DNA of 64,000 bases from Macrostomum lignano. Lineage: Eukaryota. The notes beneath the pieces are model-generated. The model was not told the origin of the DNA. It searched no databases and was given only the letters and a program-made list of their open reading frames with translations. The position numbers and the translations under genes are program-made. This document shows, piece after piece, positions 11,251 through 21,775 of this stretch (its first letter is position 1; every line of letters begins with the position of its first letter). The stretch lies in assembly GCA_002269645.1 (NCBI GenBank), contig NIVC01000175.1:248001-312000 (forward strand), given 5' to 3'.

Positions 11251-11970
11251 ATGGCCCAACAAAATTCTCTATACGATCAGTCTCAATACGCTGAACCTAA
11301 AATACCGACAGCACCAAACCCAATGGCACCGAATTCGAACACACAAAGCCTGAATGCACCGAATCTGAATGCACCTCAATATGAGCAACAAAAACTCTAC
11401 CCCGTCATTTCATGTAACTCTCAACAATTTCGACTAGTGGAGATTCAAAAAATGCGAGATGACATTGAAAAAAATATTTTCCACAACACAGAGAAAATTA
11501 AACGCTATGACAGCCACTGTAAATTTTTCGACTACAGCAATATGATTCTAGGATCTGTGTCTGTTCTATCTGGATCTGCTGCGGCTGTCTCAACGTTGCC
11601 AGTCATCACAGCCCCAATCGCAATCCCACTCGGCTCTGTGGGTGCTGCGTGTGGACTTATTTCAGCAATTACTGGAGCATTAGCGCGAAACAGGCGAAAA
11701 AAACTAAAGCAGCTACAGGAGAAGCAAGTAAAAGAGAAAGGGGTGCACACATCAATCATAGGGTACATTTCAAGGGCAATCGAGGATAAGTTCATTTCAG
11801 AGGATGAGTTCAAAACCATTCAGGATCTTTATGAACAATCAATTCGAATGAACTTGAACATGGTCGGTACTGATGACATGAGTCAGTTGAGAAATGAACT
11901 CGAGAAATTTCTTCAACATTATGTGGAAAGAAAGTCGGCAAGAAGGACAACGAGAAATACACCACAATGA
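11251..11970 (+). CDS. Conserved Polinton protein with a hydrophobic Gly/Ala-rich hairpin (probably the type called GasderminX in adintoviruses)
   Basis: FRLVEI...KRY, hydrophobic segment ILGSVSVLSG...GLISAITG, then ISRAIEDKFISEDEF. The family name is recalled, not verified. Confidence 0.72.
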   Translation: MAQQNSLYDQSQYAEPKIPTAPNPMAPNSNTQSLNAPNLNAPQYEQQKLYPVISCNSQQFRLVEIQKMRDDIEKNIFHNTEKIKRYDSHCKFFDYSNMILGSVSVLSGSAAAVSTLPVITAPIAIPLGSVGAACGLISAITGALARNRRKKLKQLQEKQVKEKGVHTSIIGYISRAIEDKFISEDEFKTIQDLYEQSIRMNLNMVGTDDMSQLRNELEKFLQHYVERKSARRTTRNTPQ

Positions 11971-11974
11971 ACCC

Positions 11975-12376
11975 CTATGAAACACAGCCAAGAATAATTT
12001 CCTTGTAGGTCTTTCGTGTTTTGGTCATTGCATACAAAACAGTCATGCACAGCTCACCGCAAATATCACTGCTAAGACCTTGGAGAATAAAGTCTGAGCG
12101 ATAAATTTTTTTATTGTTTTTCCCCTTCATATAATTTCTTAGCTCTTCTGGTACTGCCGTACCATAGCTATCGAAGTAATAACACTGGTGCTTGCGATCG
12201 GGATCAATCACCCAGCAAACCCAATGAGATCCTGGCTTATCGGTGGTGTCAAAGTTCATGATGCCGCATTCTTTTCTTAGAGGAAAATCAGACAGAGTGT
12301 CCCTCATAAATATTCCTCTAAAGTTTGGGATTTCCAGTTCGTTAGCCAAATCTTCAAGAAAGTTATTTGTCGTCAT
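11975..12376 (-). CDS. Adenain-like cysteine maturation protease
   Basis: GSHW (His), YFDSYG (Asp), LQ...DICGELC (Gln/Cys). Confidence 0.93.
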   Translation of the reverse strand: MTTNNFLEDLANELEIPNFRGIFMRDTLSDFPLRKECGIMNFDTTDKPGSHWVCWVIDPDRKHQCYYFDSYGTAVPEELRNYMKGKNNKKIYRSDFILQGLSSDICGELCMTVLYAMTKTRKTYKEIILGCVS

Positions 12377-12943
12377 TTTTTATGAGGTTTATTAAACTTT
12401 CTCTTAAACCTAAACCTAATCTCAACCTCCTAAACCCAATCTCCTAAACCTAATCTCCAGTGCCCGAACGGTAGACTGTTAATATTGTCATCAAAAATGA
12501 ATCTTTTATTATCTGCACCTGACAGTCCAATCTTTTTTTGCTGAATTGTGTGAATAATATGGTTTTTGGATTGTAGCTTTGAGAACTCATGTGATGTCTT
12601 TTTGTTGCAATTCAAGGCGTCTCTGTATTCAGCTTCATTAATTTCCTTCCTAACCACGCGTTTTGGAATTCCCTTTGATTTTTTAATTGGGTCTGACGAC
12701 TCACATTTTACAAAATACGTCAGTTTGAGGCAGGTATCTGACTCTAACTGGTTTTAAACCCCCCGCGCCGGCCCGGCCTCTTTTTGGTGGGTTGGTGGGG
12801 TGCTGGTGCTCTGCGTGCGTGCAGGGCTTAGGGCAGCCTCCCCCCCGCTCTGTGCTATTTAGTCTCGCGTCGCGGCCGCTGAGTCGGCGTAATTTTGGCA
12901 AAATATTTTTTGCCTGCCTGATTTGCCAAGCACTGCACTCACA

Positions 12944-13969
12944 ATGGACTCTACGTTGGGCAGCATGACCGTGCAGGCCCTCAAATATGCCTTACGCGAG
13001 AAGGCCTTACCTACAAGTGGCAATAAAGAAGAGCTGATAGGCCGCCTGCTCGCTGCAAGCCAGGCCGAACGAGCTCCCAGCGATGACGACGGTGACGACG
13101 ACCAGGACGAGGATGACGTGCGCCGGGCTGCGCCAGCGGAGGAGGCCACAGAAGCGCAGATTCGGCAGACTCAGAAGAGGATCGAGCTGCTTAAACTGCA
13201 GAAGGCTGAGGCCCAGTTGCGGGATGAAGTGCAGTCGATCCGCAGTGGCGCCGCATCGCCCCCGCTGGCCAGAGGAGGGCCGGACATCTACGCCAGCTTG
13301 TTCGGGGACCAGAGCCGACAACCGAGGTTTGATTCGGCCGGAGCCCAGCGGCCCCCATCAGCGCTGCTCATCCCGGAATTTCTGGACGAGAAGCAGCAGT
13401 CGGGAGGATGGCTGACACAGGAACGTGGTCGCCTGACTCTGAAAGGCGCAACGCCGAGCCTGTCCGGAGTCAACTTCGGCCAGTGGGTGGCTGCCAACGC
13501 GCGGATCATGCAGCGACTGCTGGAGACCGGCCAGCTGGTGGCGCCCGGTACGGATGGACAGCTCGACTGCAAGAGTCTGAACGCCTACCTCAACTTTAAC
13601 ATCCACATCGGCGAGCTGATCGACGCTGGCTACGACTGGAAGGTGGTGCTCCAGTACGACCAGGACATGAGGCTGCAGCAGCACTCGCGACAGCGCGACT
13701 GGGACAGCCCCGATCTGAACCTCATCATCAAGCATATGACGGCGCCCAAAAACCTGCGAGCTGCTGGCCCAGTCGCGGTCGGTCAAGGAGTCCAGGGTCA
13801 CCGTAGCAGGGGCCAGCTGTCATCCGCTGGACAGGTCATCTGCGGCTTGTTCAATAGCAACAAAGGCTGTCACAGACACACCTGCAATTTCGCCCACATC
13901 TGCCGCATCTGCGAAGGGAGCCACTCAAAGCTGCAACACAGCTCGGTGGCTGCCGAATCAAAAAACTGA
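12944..13969 (+). CDS. Gag-like protein with N-terminal SAP-like domain and C-terminal CCCH/CCHC-type zinc finger
   Basis: MTVQALKYALREKALPTSGNKEELIGRL (SAP pattern); CGLFNSNKGCHRHTCNFAHICRICEGSH as in DIRS/Ngaro gag. Confidence 0.8.
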   Translation: MDSTLGSMTVQALKYALREKALPTSGNKEELIGRLLAASQAERAPSDDDGDDDQDEDDVRRAAPAEEATEAQIRQTQKRIELLKLQKAEAQLRDEVQSIRSGAASPPLARGGPDIYASLFGDQSRQPRFDSAGAQRPPSALLIPEFLDEKQQSGGWLTQERGRLTLKGATPSLSGVNFGQWVAANARIMQRLLETGQLVAPGTDGQLDCKSLNAYLNFNIHIGELIDAGYDWKVVLQYDQDMRLQQHSRQRDWDSPDLNLIIKHMTAPKNLRAAGPVAVGQGVQGHRSRGQLSSAGQVICGLFNSNKGCHRHTCNFAHICRICEGSHSKLQHSSVAAESKN

Positions 13970-16449
13970 GCAAAGAGGCGGGTCGCGGCGGCACCAGTTT
14001 TAGCTCTAAGCGGACGGCGTCTGATAGACAGTCCAAAATTTTAACTCCATGCGAGACAGCTGCTCGCACTGCCACTGGCCCTGCCGCTCGCCCTGCCACT
14101 CGCCTTGCCGCTCGCCCTGCCGCTCGACCTGCCACTCGCACTGCCGCTCGCCCTGCCGCTCGCCCTGCCGCCGGCCCTGCCGCCGGCCCTGCTGCCGGCC
14201 CTGCTGCCGGCCCTGCTGCCGTTCCTGCTGCCGGTCCTGCTGCCGGCCCTGCTGCCGGCCCTGCCGCCGGTCCTGCTGCCGTTCCTGCTGCCGGTCCTGC
14301 TGCCGGCCCTGCTGCCGGCCCTGCCGCCGGTCCTGCTGCCGGCCCTGCTGCCGGCCCTGCTGCCGGCCCTGCTGCCGGCCCAGCCGCCGGCCCTGCCGCC
14401 GGCCCCGCTGCCGGCCCTGCTGCCGGTCCTGCTGCCGGCCCTGCCGCCGGTCCTGCTGCCGTTCCTGCTGCCGGTCCTGCTGCCGGCCCTGCTGCCGGCC
14501 CTGCCGCCGGTCCTGCTGCCGGCCCTGCTGCCGGTCCCGCTGCCGGCCCTGCTGCCGGCCCAGCCGCCGGCCCTGCTGCCGGCCTAGCCGCCGGCCCTGC
14601 CGCCGGCCCTGCTGCCGGCCCAGCCGCCGGCCCTGCCGCCGGCCCCGCTGCCGGCCCTGCTGCCGGTCCTGCTGCCGGCGCTGCTGCCGGCCCTGTTGCC
14701 GGCCCGGTGGCTGCACTCCAAAAACGTTGGCCGCTGTTAACTGCTGCTTGGACACCAGTCCTGCTCGGAGACTCGGACGCGGAGTTTCTGATCGCGGGAA
14801 TTCGCGATGGCTTTCGCATCACCGACGCGGCTCCGACCAGCGAATCCCAGCTCGAAAATCATGCATCCGCCCGCTGCGAGGCAAATCGGAATGCCGTTGA
14901 GCTGCAGATCAGAGAGGAGGTCGTGGCTGGCCGGTACATCAGCGCAACTGACTTGGGCATCGCCAGGCCGACCATCATCAGCCCACTGGGCGCCGTCCCG
15001 AAGGCAGACGGCGCCATCCGCCTGATTCACGACGCGTCCGCGCCACAGGGCAACAGCCTCAACGATCTGTACAAGCCCCGCCAGAAGATGAAGTTTGCCA
15101 ATGTCGAGGATCTCACCAGGCAGCTGGCACCAGGCTGGTTCATCAGCAAGGTCGACCTACGCCACGCCTACCGAAGTGTTCAGGTGCACCCAGACTGCTA
15201 TAAGGCGACGGGGCTCCGGTGGACGTTCGAGCTGGACGGTCAGCCCACCTATCTGGTTGACACGCGACTCCCATTCGGTGCGGCGGCATCAGTCAACATT
15301 TTCCACCGCCTAACGCAAGCTGTCAAGCGCTTTATGTACAGGCAATTCTCGCATCTGTCCAAATTCGTCGTCATCGCATACCTCGACGATTTCTGCATAG
15401 CTGCCCGGGACTACGAGGTCTGCCTGCAGCTGCACAATTTTCTGCTGGTCACCCTGCAGCGCCTCGGCTTTGAGATCAACTGGGCCAAGACGCAGAGCCC
15501 AGCCACTTCGGTCACTTTCCTGGGTGTGCAGATCGACACATTGACTGGCCTGCTGTCACTGCCCGCCAAGAAGATGGACGGCCTTCGAGAACTTCTCCAG
15601 GACTGCGCCAACTCGAAGAGCCTGCAAAAACGTCGCCTTCAGCACCTAGTCGGCAAACTGAACTGGTTCTGCAAAGTGGCCAAACCTGCAAAGGCCCTGC
15701 TTCGCGCGCTCCTGGAGATAACCATCGCTATTCCTGAGCAGCATCATCGAGTACCGGTGCGCGGCGAGCTACTGGCCCAGTTGCAGTTCTGGCAGCATGC
15801 AATCCCAGTGTTCCCGACCGACAAGCTGTGGCGGCGTGCACGAGTGCTGGCAGCGGTCGAGACGGACGCCTGCGTCAGTGCCGGTGGCATGATCCTGAGC
15901 ACCTCTGATGGCCAGCGCGAGTTCCGCCTCGTCGACTTCTGCAGTGACGCCGGTGGCATCTTCCTGAGCGAGCACATCAACGCCAAGGAGACGGCACTGC
16001 CGCTGCTCGCCATCATTCTGTTCCAGGAGCAGCTGGCCGGCGGCAAGGTGGCCTGCTACGTCGACAGCAGCGCGGCGGTCGGCACCATCAACCGCGGTGC
16101 CTCCAGCAACCCGATCGTCATGACCCTGCTCAAAACGGCCACTCTGGCAGCGCTGAGGCACGACTTTCAGTTTCGAGCTCACCATATGCCGGGGTCCTGG
16201 CAGCTGCTGAGCGACCCGCTGTCGCGCTGCCTGACGCATCCCCGCCACATGCTGCTGTTTCTGCTGCGCTACTTCGGCCGGGCCAAGGCGCAACCGGAAG
16301 ATCTGCGCAGGGCCTGCCTCAATGAGTCAACGGCGGCCCGGTTGCTTGAGCAGGCGTCGCTCGCGCTGAGCCCCGGTATCTGGCGCAGTTCTCGAGCGGA
16401 GCGAGTTGCGACGGCTGAAGCAGATCCCGAGCTCAGGTACGAGTCTTAG
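13960..16449 (+). CDS. Pol (RT + RNase H) of the DIRS/Ngaro-like element; frame open from 13807
   Basis: [56 protein letters not shown]. The frame has no stop from 13807 through the minisatellite to 16449. Confidence 0.9.
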   Translation, partial: KKLSKEAGRGGTSFSSKRTASDRQSKILTPCETAARTATGPAARPATRLAARPAARPATRTAARPAARPAAGPAAGPAAGPAAGPAAVPAAGPAAGPAAGPAAGPAAVPAAGPAAGPAAGPAAGPAAGPAAGPAAGPAAGPAAGPAAGPAAGPAAGPAAGPAAGPAAVPAAGPAAGPAAGPAAGPAAGPAAGPAAGPAAGPAAGPAAGLAAGPAAGPAAGPAAGPAAGPAAGPAAGPAAGAAAGPVAGPVAALQKRWPLLTAAWTPVLLGDSDAEFLIAGIRDGFRITDAAPTSESQLENHASARCEANRNAVELQIREEVVAGRYISATDLGIARPTIISPLGAVPKADGAIRLIHDASAPQGNSLNDLYKPRQKMKFANVEDLTRQLAPGWFISKVDLRHAYRSVQVHPDCYKATGLRWTFELDGQPTYLVDTRLPFGAAASVNIFHRLTQAVKRFMYRQFSHLSKFVVIAYLDDFCIAARDYEVCLQLHNFLLVTLQRLGFEINWAKTQSPATSVTFLGVQIDTLTGLLSLPAKKMDGLRELLQDCANSKSLQKRRLQHLVGKLNWFCKVAKPAKALLRALLEITIAIPEQHHRVPVRGELLAQLQFWQHAIPVFPTDKLWRRARVLAAVETDACVSAGGMILSTSDGQREFRLVDFCSDAGGIFLSEHINAKETALPLLAIILFQEQLAGGKVACYVDSSAAVGTINRGASSNPIVMTLLKTATLAALRHDFQFRAHHMPGSWQLLSDPLSRCLTHPRHMLLFLLRYFGRAKAQPEDLRRACLNESTAARLLEQASLALSPGIWRSSRAERVATAEADPELRYES
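14085..14705. repeat. 12-bp GC-rich minisatellite (CTGCCGGCCCTG), about 50 units, inside the pol frame
   Basis: Direct reading; encodes (AAGP)n in the same frame as RT. Confidence 0.93.
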
Positions 16450-19400
16450 AGCTATTGCTTGGACCTGTTTTTTTTTGGCTTGGTTTAATTTTTTCTGCGG
16501 CTCGTTGATTTGATTTTACACGCTTGTCTCCTTCCTCCCTCTTTCTGTTGGTGTTGGGGTTCGTTTTCCCTTTCTGGGCCGCGTCTGCCGGTCTTTTGTG
16601 CCACTTGCTTTTACTCTGCGTTAGTCTTTTGGGGTTTAATAGGACTTTGCTCTCAACCCAATGAATTCAGTGATTATGTCACCAGCAATCTCGTCCTTCA
16701 TTTTCCCAATCACTTTCTTGTTAGTGGCGTCAAACACTTGATCGCCATTCTGTGTCCTGAAAGATTCATCATACTCAGACAAGTCAAACAAATCTTTTTG
16801 CTGCAGCATGTCCTGATAAATGTCTTCTGTTTGAATGTCCATAATAAAACTGTCTGTGTCAGTGTACAAGAGTTTCATTTTATCCTTGTACTGCTGCTTC
16901 ATGCCATAGAAGAACTGGTACATCAGACGTTTTGATTCGTCGAGAACAGTGACACCTGTATAGATCGGCTTGCGCAGCGTCACCTTGGTTTTGTAAAATA
17001 TGATCACACCTAAGTAGCTATTAAAGATATGGAGTTCTTTGAATGTTGGCTTTGACATATTTGCCTGAATAACAGCAGGCTCTGATGAGGTAACAAGTTT
17101 CAGGTTTGTTCTTTTCCGCTCATTCTCAAGAGTCTTGCCATAGACAGAGTTGTTGGCCAACTTAAAGAGGTTCTTGTCAAAGTCGTTGGTTGCTTTGGTC
17201 CTAAACTGGGTGTTCTTATCAATGTAGGGTTTCATCCACGCTTCCTCTGTAAATGTAAGAGCCCTGTGAACTTTGGTGACCCTGCAACCAAGTGAGATAA
17301 AATACTGAAGCAGTTTGTAATGAATTTTGTAACGTGTCTTGTTGTTTAGATTCTGTGTTAGTTTCTCTGTATGTTCTTTTTCTGTTCCTTACAGGTGCCA
17401 AGTTCCATAGGGAGTTTCGATTATTTTCGGGCACTTGATGTTCTCTGGGAAGGGTGGAAAGTCAGAGAAATAGTCGTGAAGCTCTGGTGGAATGTAAACA
17501 TTAACCTCATAAATGGCAGCCAATGAAAAGTCCCATTTGAATTTTGATACGAGTAGCCATCGAAAATCTCTAACTGGAAGATATTGACTCATCGCCCAAC
17601 CGTAGAGATTATTAGCGTCCAAGTAAGTAATGTAGTTTGAGGGCTGCTCCTTATTGTAAGATTCAATGTAGGGATTGTTTGCCTTTGCATATCTATGGGT
17701 GCAAATTGAGATCCCCCCTCGCTTTGACGATTCGACAAAATTGTACATGTCAATGTCTGTAAGAAGTTCAATGTACCAATCTGGATCTTGATCCCATTTC
17801 ATTTTAAGCAAAGATTCCCAGCTAGTGGCAGGGAGAGACACATAATGTGCTGGATCGAGGCCATATGCTGTGTACCAGGTGTATCTGAAGGTTTCAAACA
17901 CATCGGCCAGCAGAAACACATCTGTGAAGAGGTAAAGCAGGTGATACTGGAAGAAGTTTTGACAATTAAAGTAATTATAGACATGCTTCGCGTGCTCATA
18001 GTCTTTGTCAGAGATTCCAGAGTCTGTTAGCCTTGAAAAGAATTTCTCCTGTGGTGGTAAACCTTCTTCAAATACGTGATACCCAGTAATATTCTCATAG
18101 GGGTAGAAGCCTTTCTTTCTTAAAAGTTTAAATAATTCATCAGTTCTTGCAAATATCTTTGTATATGTACATTGTTCATCTTTTAGATTCTTGCTTAGTT
18201 CGTCTAGACTGGCAGCTAGAAATTGATATGAATCCTTCAGTCTTATTTTACCTTTACTGTTACCCGAATTATCCTGTTTAATATCAACACACTTAAACTT
18301 CTCCTTGTTCTCTGCGATGCAGTCAAGGTGTATGTCTTGAATCATGCCGATTTTTTCAACTATTAAATGCATGTCATAGTTCTTTGCGTTGTGACAAAAT
18401 ATCGTTAGATCATGAATGTTCGATTTTAGCTTTAGATTACAGGTGTTATGCGCTGCACCTCTAAATTTCCCAGTAAAGTGACAGTGGTCCCTAACGGTGG
18501 GGTTTTTTATATCAGTGCAAGTTAACTGTTTCCTGCAGATGTGGCAATGAGTTGCTGATAGGAAATTGCTTTCATCCTCCTCAGTCATCATTATTGGAAC
18601 AGGTTGAAAAGTGCTAATCACTCTTTGCAACTCTAACATTCTGGCAATAAACTGCTCCACACACTGCTCTCCAAAGAAATAATTATACTCAACAAGTCCT
18701 TTTGTATTAATAAAGGCATATGCTACTGAATTAGGGACATGTCTTTGAGTTTGTTTTTGAGTTTGAGTTTGTTTTTTGAGTTTCTGGCATGATTGAGCAT
18801 TCGAAATCAGCATATACAACAAATGGGAGCTTCTCCATCTTGTGATAGTTCTTAAAACGGAGATACTTCTCTTCAGCTGAAGGAAGAGAGCAATTGGTCG
18901 GGTGATCCTCACATGATAATTCATGCTCTGCTAGTTTTTCAAAGCGCTCATGTCCACTGTAATGCTTAAGGCACAAGCGGCAGATGGCAACAGCCTCGTG
19001 ATGATTATTCAACTGTTTGTGAATGAGTCTTGAAAGATCTTTAATCTAAACATAGTGAGCCTCCTCTAGTAAATTACCAATCACTAGAAGATCCACTTCA
19101 GTCCGCCTTTTCCCCTCAGGATCTAAAACGTCTTTGCTACATCTGACCGGTTGAACTTTCTCAGTTTTTTCACTCCACTCAAAGACTGTTATTCTAATTT
19201 TGTTATTAAACACTTCTTCTAGCTTTGGGATCTGAGAGATCGCCAAGCCTCCTTTGTCAAACCTGATTCCCTTCTTTTCACATTCGATGAGATAGTGCTT
19301 GAAATAATTTTGATAATTTGAGGTTCTTTCGGGGTGGTGAGAGACACTATCATGATGAAGTGCAGAAAGAACTGCCCATAGAGCACAGCAGTTGTCTTTA

Positions 19401-20246
19401 TTTTTAACATTTATGCAAGCTTTTTTGCCGGCTAGCTTATGCGGGAGATCTATATGAGAGGAGGCTTTAAGTGGGTCAAATTTCATGACCATAACAGTCG
19501 CTCTTTGAATCCCTCCCACGACCCATCCGGAACCTCTGGATGTAAACGCTTCAATTTTCTTAGTGACATCTTGAAGGAAAGGATCCAGTGTGTCTGTAGG
19601 GGTGAATGGCTTTGCCTTTGTTGTCATGTAATACTCGAGATGTTCAGTGGGTTTTGCAGGCATATAAAACGCAATCTTGAATGATATCTGTAGTTTAAAA
19701 GTCTTGCGTGTTTTGAGTGTGTGATCAACAACTGATTGGATGCTGTCTTTATAGTCATAGATGTTTGCGGTGGTGCCGTTTATTGGGATTGTGTACTCTA
19801 TGTAATGTTCTGTAAACTTCCTCTGTGCAAAATTAATCTCTTCAGTGGCAAGCTCCGACTCTTTTAAATGGATTAATTGCTCTAATTTCTCTTGTTCCTG
19901 CTTATTTTGTGGGTACTTTGCTTTTTCACCAGTGAGAGTTTCATATTTGTTAACTAAGTTGCGACTCCTCTCTTGGTGTTTTTCATAGCTTCCCAGGTGA
20001 CCAGGGTCGGTGTTAAACTTTTGTTTACATGCTTCTCTTAGTAAATTACTTTTGTCTTGAAATGAGACGCCTTTTGAAAAATACTTGTTGACTAAATCTT
20101 TTGCTGGATTGGCTTTTGGCATTTTTTCTCGAAAATTTTTAAAAAATTTTGAGGGTGACCACCCTGATAGAAAAGTTGAACTGTTTCTACATCCTATCAG
20201 TAGCGTTAGGTTTATGAAGCTGGATAAAGTGGGGTTTTAAACCTCA

Positions 20247-20711
20247 TCACATCCGCATTATTGTAAACCCAGCATTGTGCAGTGTCATGATGGCTTTGAC
20301 AATGTCGGACTTGCTTACAGAATTTTGATGCACACAAGCATCATGATCATCACAATTATCAAAATCAGGGCAGCCCTCTCCTGCCTTAATTGTTATACCT
20401 TTGTCTCTTGCAATCTTTTGCAATTCTAGCTGGTGAGCTCTATCATTCCCAGCTTTAACAGCAGTTGCTACACCTCCAGCTACACCACCTGCGGCACTTA
20501 CGGCGCCTGCAATGATTGGGATAAGAGCTGCTAATGGTAGGATTCCTCCTGACTTTTCATCTGTGATGCTGTGTCTTTGCTCATTACACTGAACTATTTG
20601 CTGCACGGGATCGATTTTTACTTTGGCACCTTTAATTGATATAAGACCTGGTCTCTTTGATTCAATGATTTTATTGAGTTTATTGATGGTTCTGGTTTCA
20701 ATCTTTGCCAT
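20247..20711 (-). CDS. Adenovirus pX (pre-mu)-like core protein
   Basis: KSGGILPLAALIPIIAGAVSAAGGVAGGVATAV closely resembles the adenovirus pX C-terminus MRGGILPLLIPLIAAAIGAVPGIASVA. Confidence 0.7.
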   Translation of the reverse strand: MAKIETRTINKLNKIIESKRPGLISIKGAKVKIDPVQQIVQCNEQRHSITDEKSGGILPLAALIPIIAGAVSAAGGVAGGVATAVKAGNDRAHQLELQKIARDKGITIKAGEGCPDFDNCDDHDACVHQNSVSKSDIVKAIMTLHNAGFTIMRM

Positions 20712-21745
20712 TTTTTTATTTTAATATTTTGATGAAATTCTGTGTCAGCTGGTATCACTAGGAGTTCAGCTCTAGTGAATGACCGCGTGGGGGATTTAGG
20801 GTTAAAGGCCTGAGATAAAAAGTAATACTCTCCAGAGTCAGAGGTAAAATGTCTGTCTATTTTATGTACATCAAGGCTGAAGTATGGATCTGTAGCTCTT
20901 CTTTTGGTGTCTTTCTCTAGCTCTCCAGGTAGATATAAAAAGCGTAGAAACTCAGAGTTTGTCAGTATGTATGGTGATTCAACTCTTGGAAGCTTAGGGT
21001 AGTTCGAGGTGTGTTTTGTGTTGTGCTTGTTGTCTGTTCTATGAGGTGTCTTAAGTTTGACAATGTCTTGTTTAATTGCATGGGACGGTTTCAATCCAGT
21101 CATGCGTGTGACTTCATTGTTCAGTTGCTCTTTAACAGTAGGGAGTCTTTCTGTCCACTTGGTATAGTATTGCCCCGCACTCAGTTTGAGTTCTTGCGCT
21201 GTCTGCTTAGTGAATAGTCTCTTGGCTAGAGTTAGATTGAATCTTTCCACAAAAGCCTGGTCTCTGTGGAGCTCAGTTCTTCCGTAGCGAATCTTCGTAT
21301 TTTTCTTTTCCATAAGGGATTTGACTGCACCCATGAATTCCTTACCCGGGTCGGTCATAAAGGTTTGGGGGTATGTGAGCGGAGAGTTTTTATAAATATC
21401 TTGCAGTGCGCTGGCAACAACCTCTGACTTCTTCGTCTTGAGTGGGCGAGCTTCCTTATATCTGGAGGCAATGTCTGTAATTATAAGAGCATACTTGTAG
21501 CCTGAGTCATTGGGGAGAAACAGAAGATCTGCTTGGTGCGCCTCATTAGGTTTATAAATACTGAAATGGGGCCTTTCAAATTTTACTGGTGGGAAATAGA
21601 CTTGAAAGACAGCCTGCTTAGAGAGCCATTTTTCTACTGTAGCTTTTGGCTCCTTACTCAGCTCCATGAGTTTACTAACGGCATTTTTGCCTACAAAGAA
21701 TCCTTTGTCGCTGTAGTAGAGTTTTTTAAGTTTCTGATCTGTCAT
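20618..21745 (-). CDS. Retroviral-type (c-int) DDE integrase
   Basis: HQADL (D), TDPGKEF (D), VERFNLTL (E); N-terminal LKKLYY as in Polinton integrases. Confidence 0.95.
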   Translation of the reverse strand: MTDQKLKKLYYSDKGFFVGKNAVSKLMELSKEPKATVEKWLSKQAVFQVYFPPVKFERPHFSIYKPNEAHQADLLFLPNDSGYKYALIITDIASRYKEARPLKTKKSEVVASALQDIYKNSPLTYPQTFMTDPGKEFMGAVKSLMEKKNTKIRYGRTELHRDQAFVERFNLTLAKRLFTKQTAQELKLSAGQYYTKWTERLPTVKEQLNNEVTRMTGLKPSHAIKQDIVKLKTPHRTDNKHNTKHTSNYPKLPRVESPYILTNSEFLRFLYLPGELEKDTKRRATDPYFSLDVHKIDRHFTSDSGEYYFLSQAFNPKSPTRSFTRAELLVIPADTEFHQNIKIKKWQRLKPEPSINSIKSLNQRDQVLYQLKVPK

Positions 21746-21775
21746 TTTTTTTAAAAAAAAATTTTAAATAAAATA

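Larger units (their letters stand above)
12720..16637 (+). mobile_element. Ngaro/DIRS-like (YR-order) retrotransposon nested in PolB, recombinase missing
   Basis: gag plus DIRS-type RT-RNase H. Excising 12720-16637 restores PolB as LRAKSYSYFVK with no TSD. The left junction is uncertain (12720-12757). Confidence 0.85.
12430..20122 (-). pseudogene. Protein-primed family B DNA polymerase with an endonuclease VII-like insert, disrupted
   Basis: Motifs ADFE, HNAKNYD, VRDHCHFTGKFRGAAH, YLDANNLYG, KLANNSVYGKT, YTDTDS and the C-terminal DNKR...LPFGH. TAG at 19046-19048 (HYV*IKDLSRL), extra base in the T6 run at 18772-18777, TAA at 17389-17391, and an insertion at about 12720-16637. Removing these gives 1258 codons. 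Confidence 0.95.

Noticed and set aside
5891-11819. Antisense ORFs overlapping Polinton genes (e.g. 7223-7630, 8590-8784, 8608-8982, 11532-11819)
   Set aside because: Shadows of real genes or of the Q/P repeat; no motifs and no element-type start context.
13851-14900. Cys/Arg-, Leu/Pro- and Gln/Arg-rich ORFs over the 12-bp array
   Set aside because: Alternative frames of the minisatellite; only the frame continuous with RT has support.
12754-16639. piggyBac-type insertion with TTAA TSD
   Set aside because: No piggyBac transposase or long TIRs, the cargo is DIRS-type RT, and the rebuilt target puts a stop codon in PolB.
7913-21775. Universal trans-splice acceptor before Polinton genes
   Set aside because: An AG after the T-tract is present for only some genes (MCP, 9165, 11251, PolB), so it is not a general rule.
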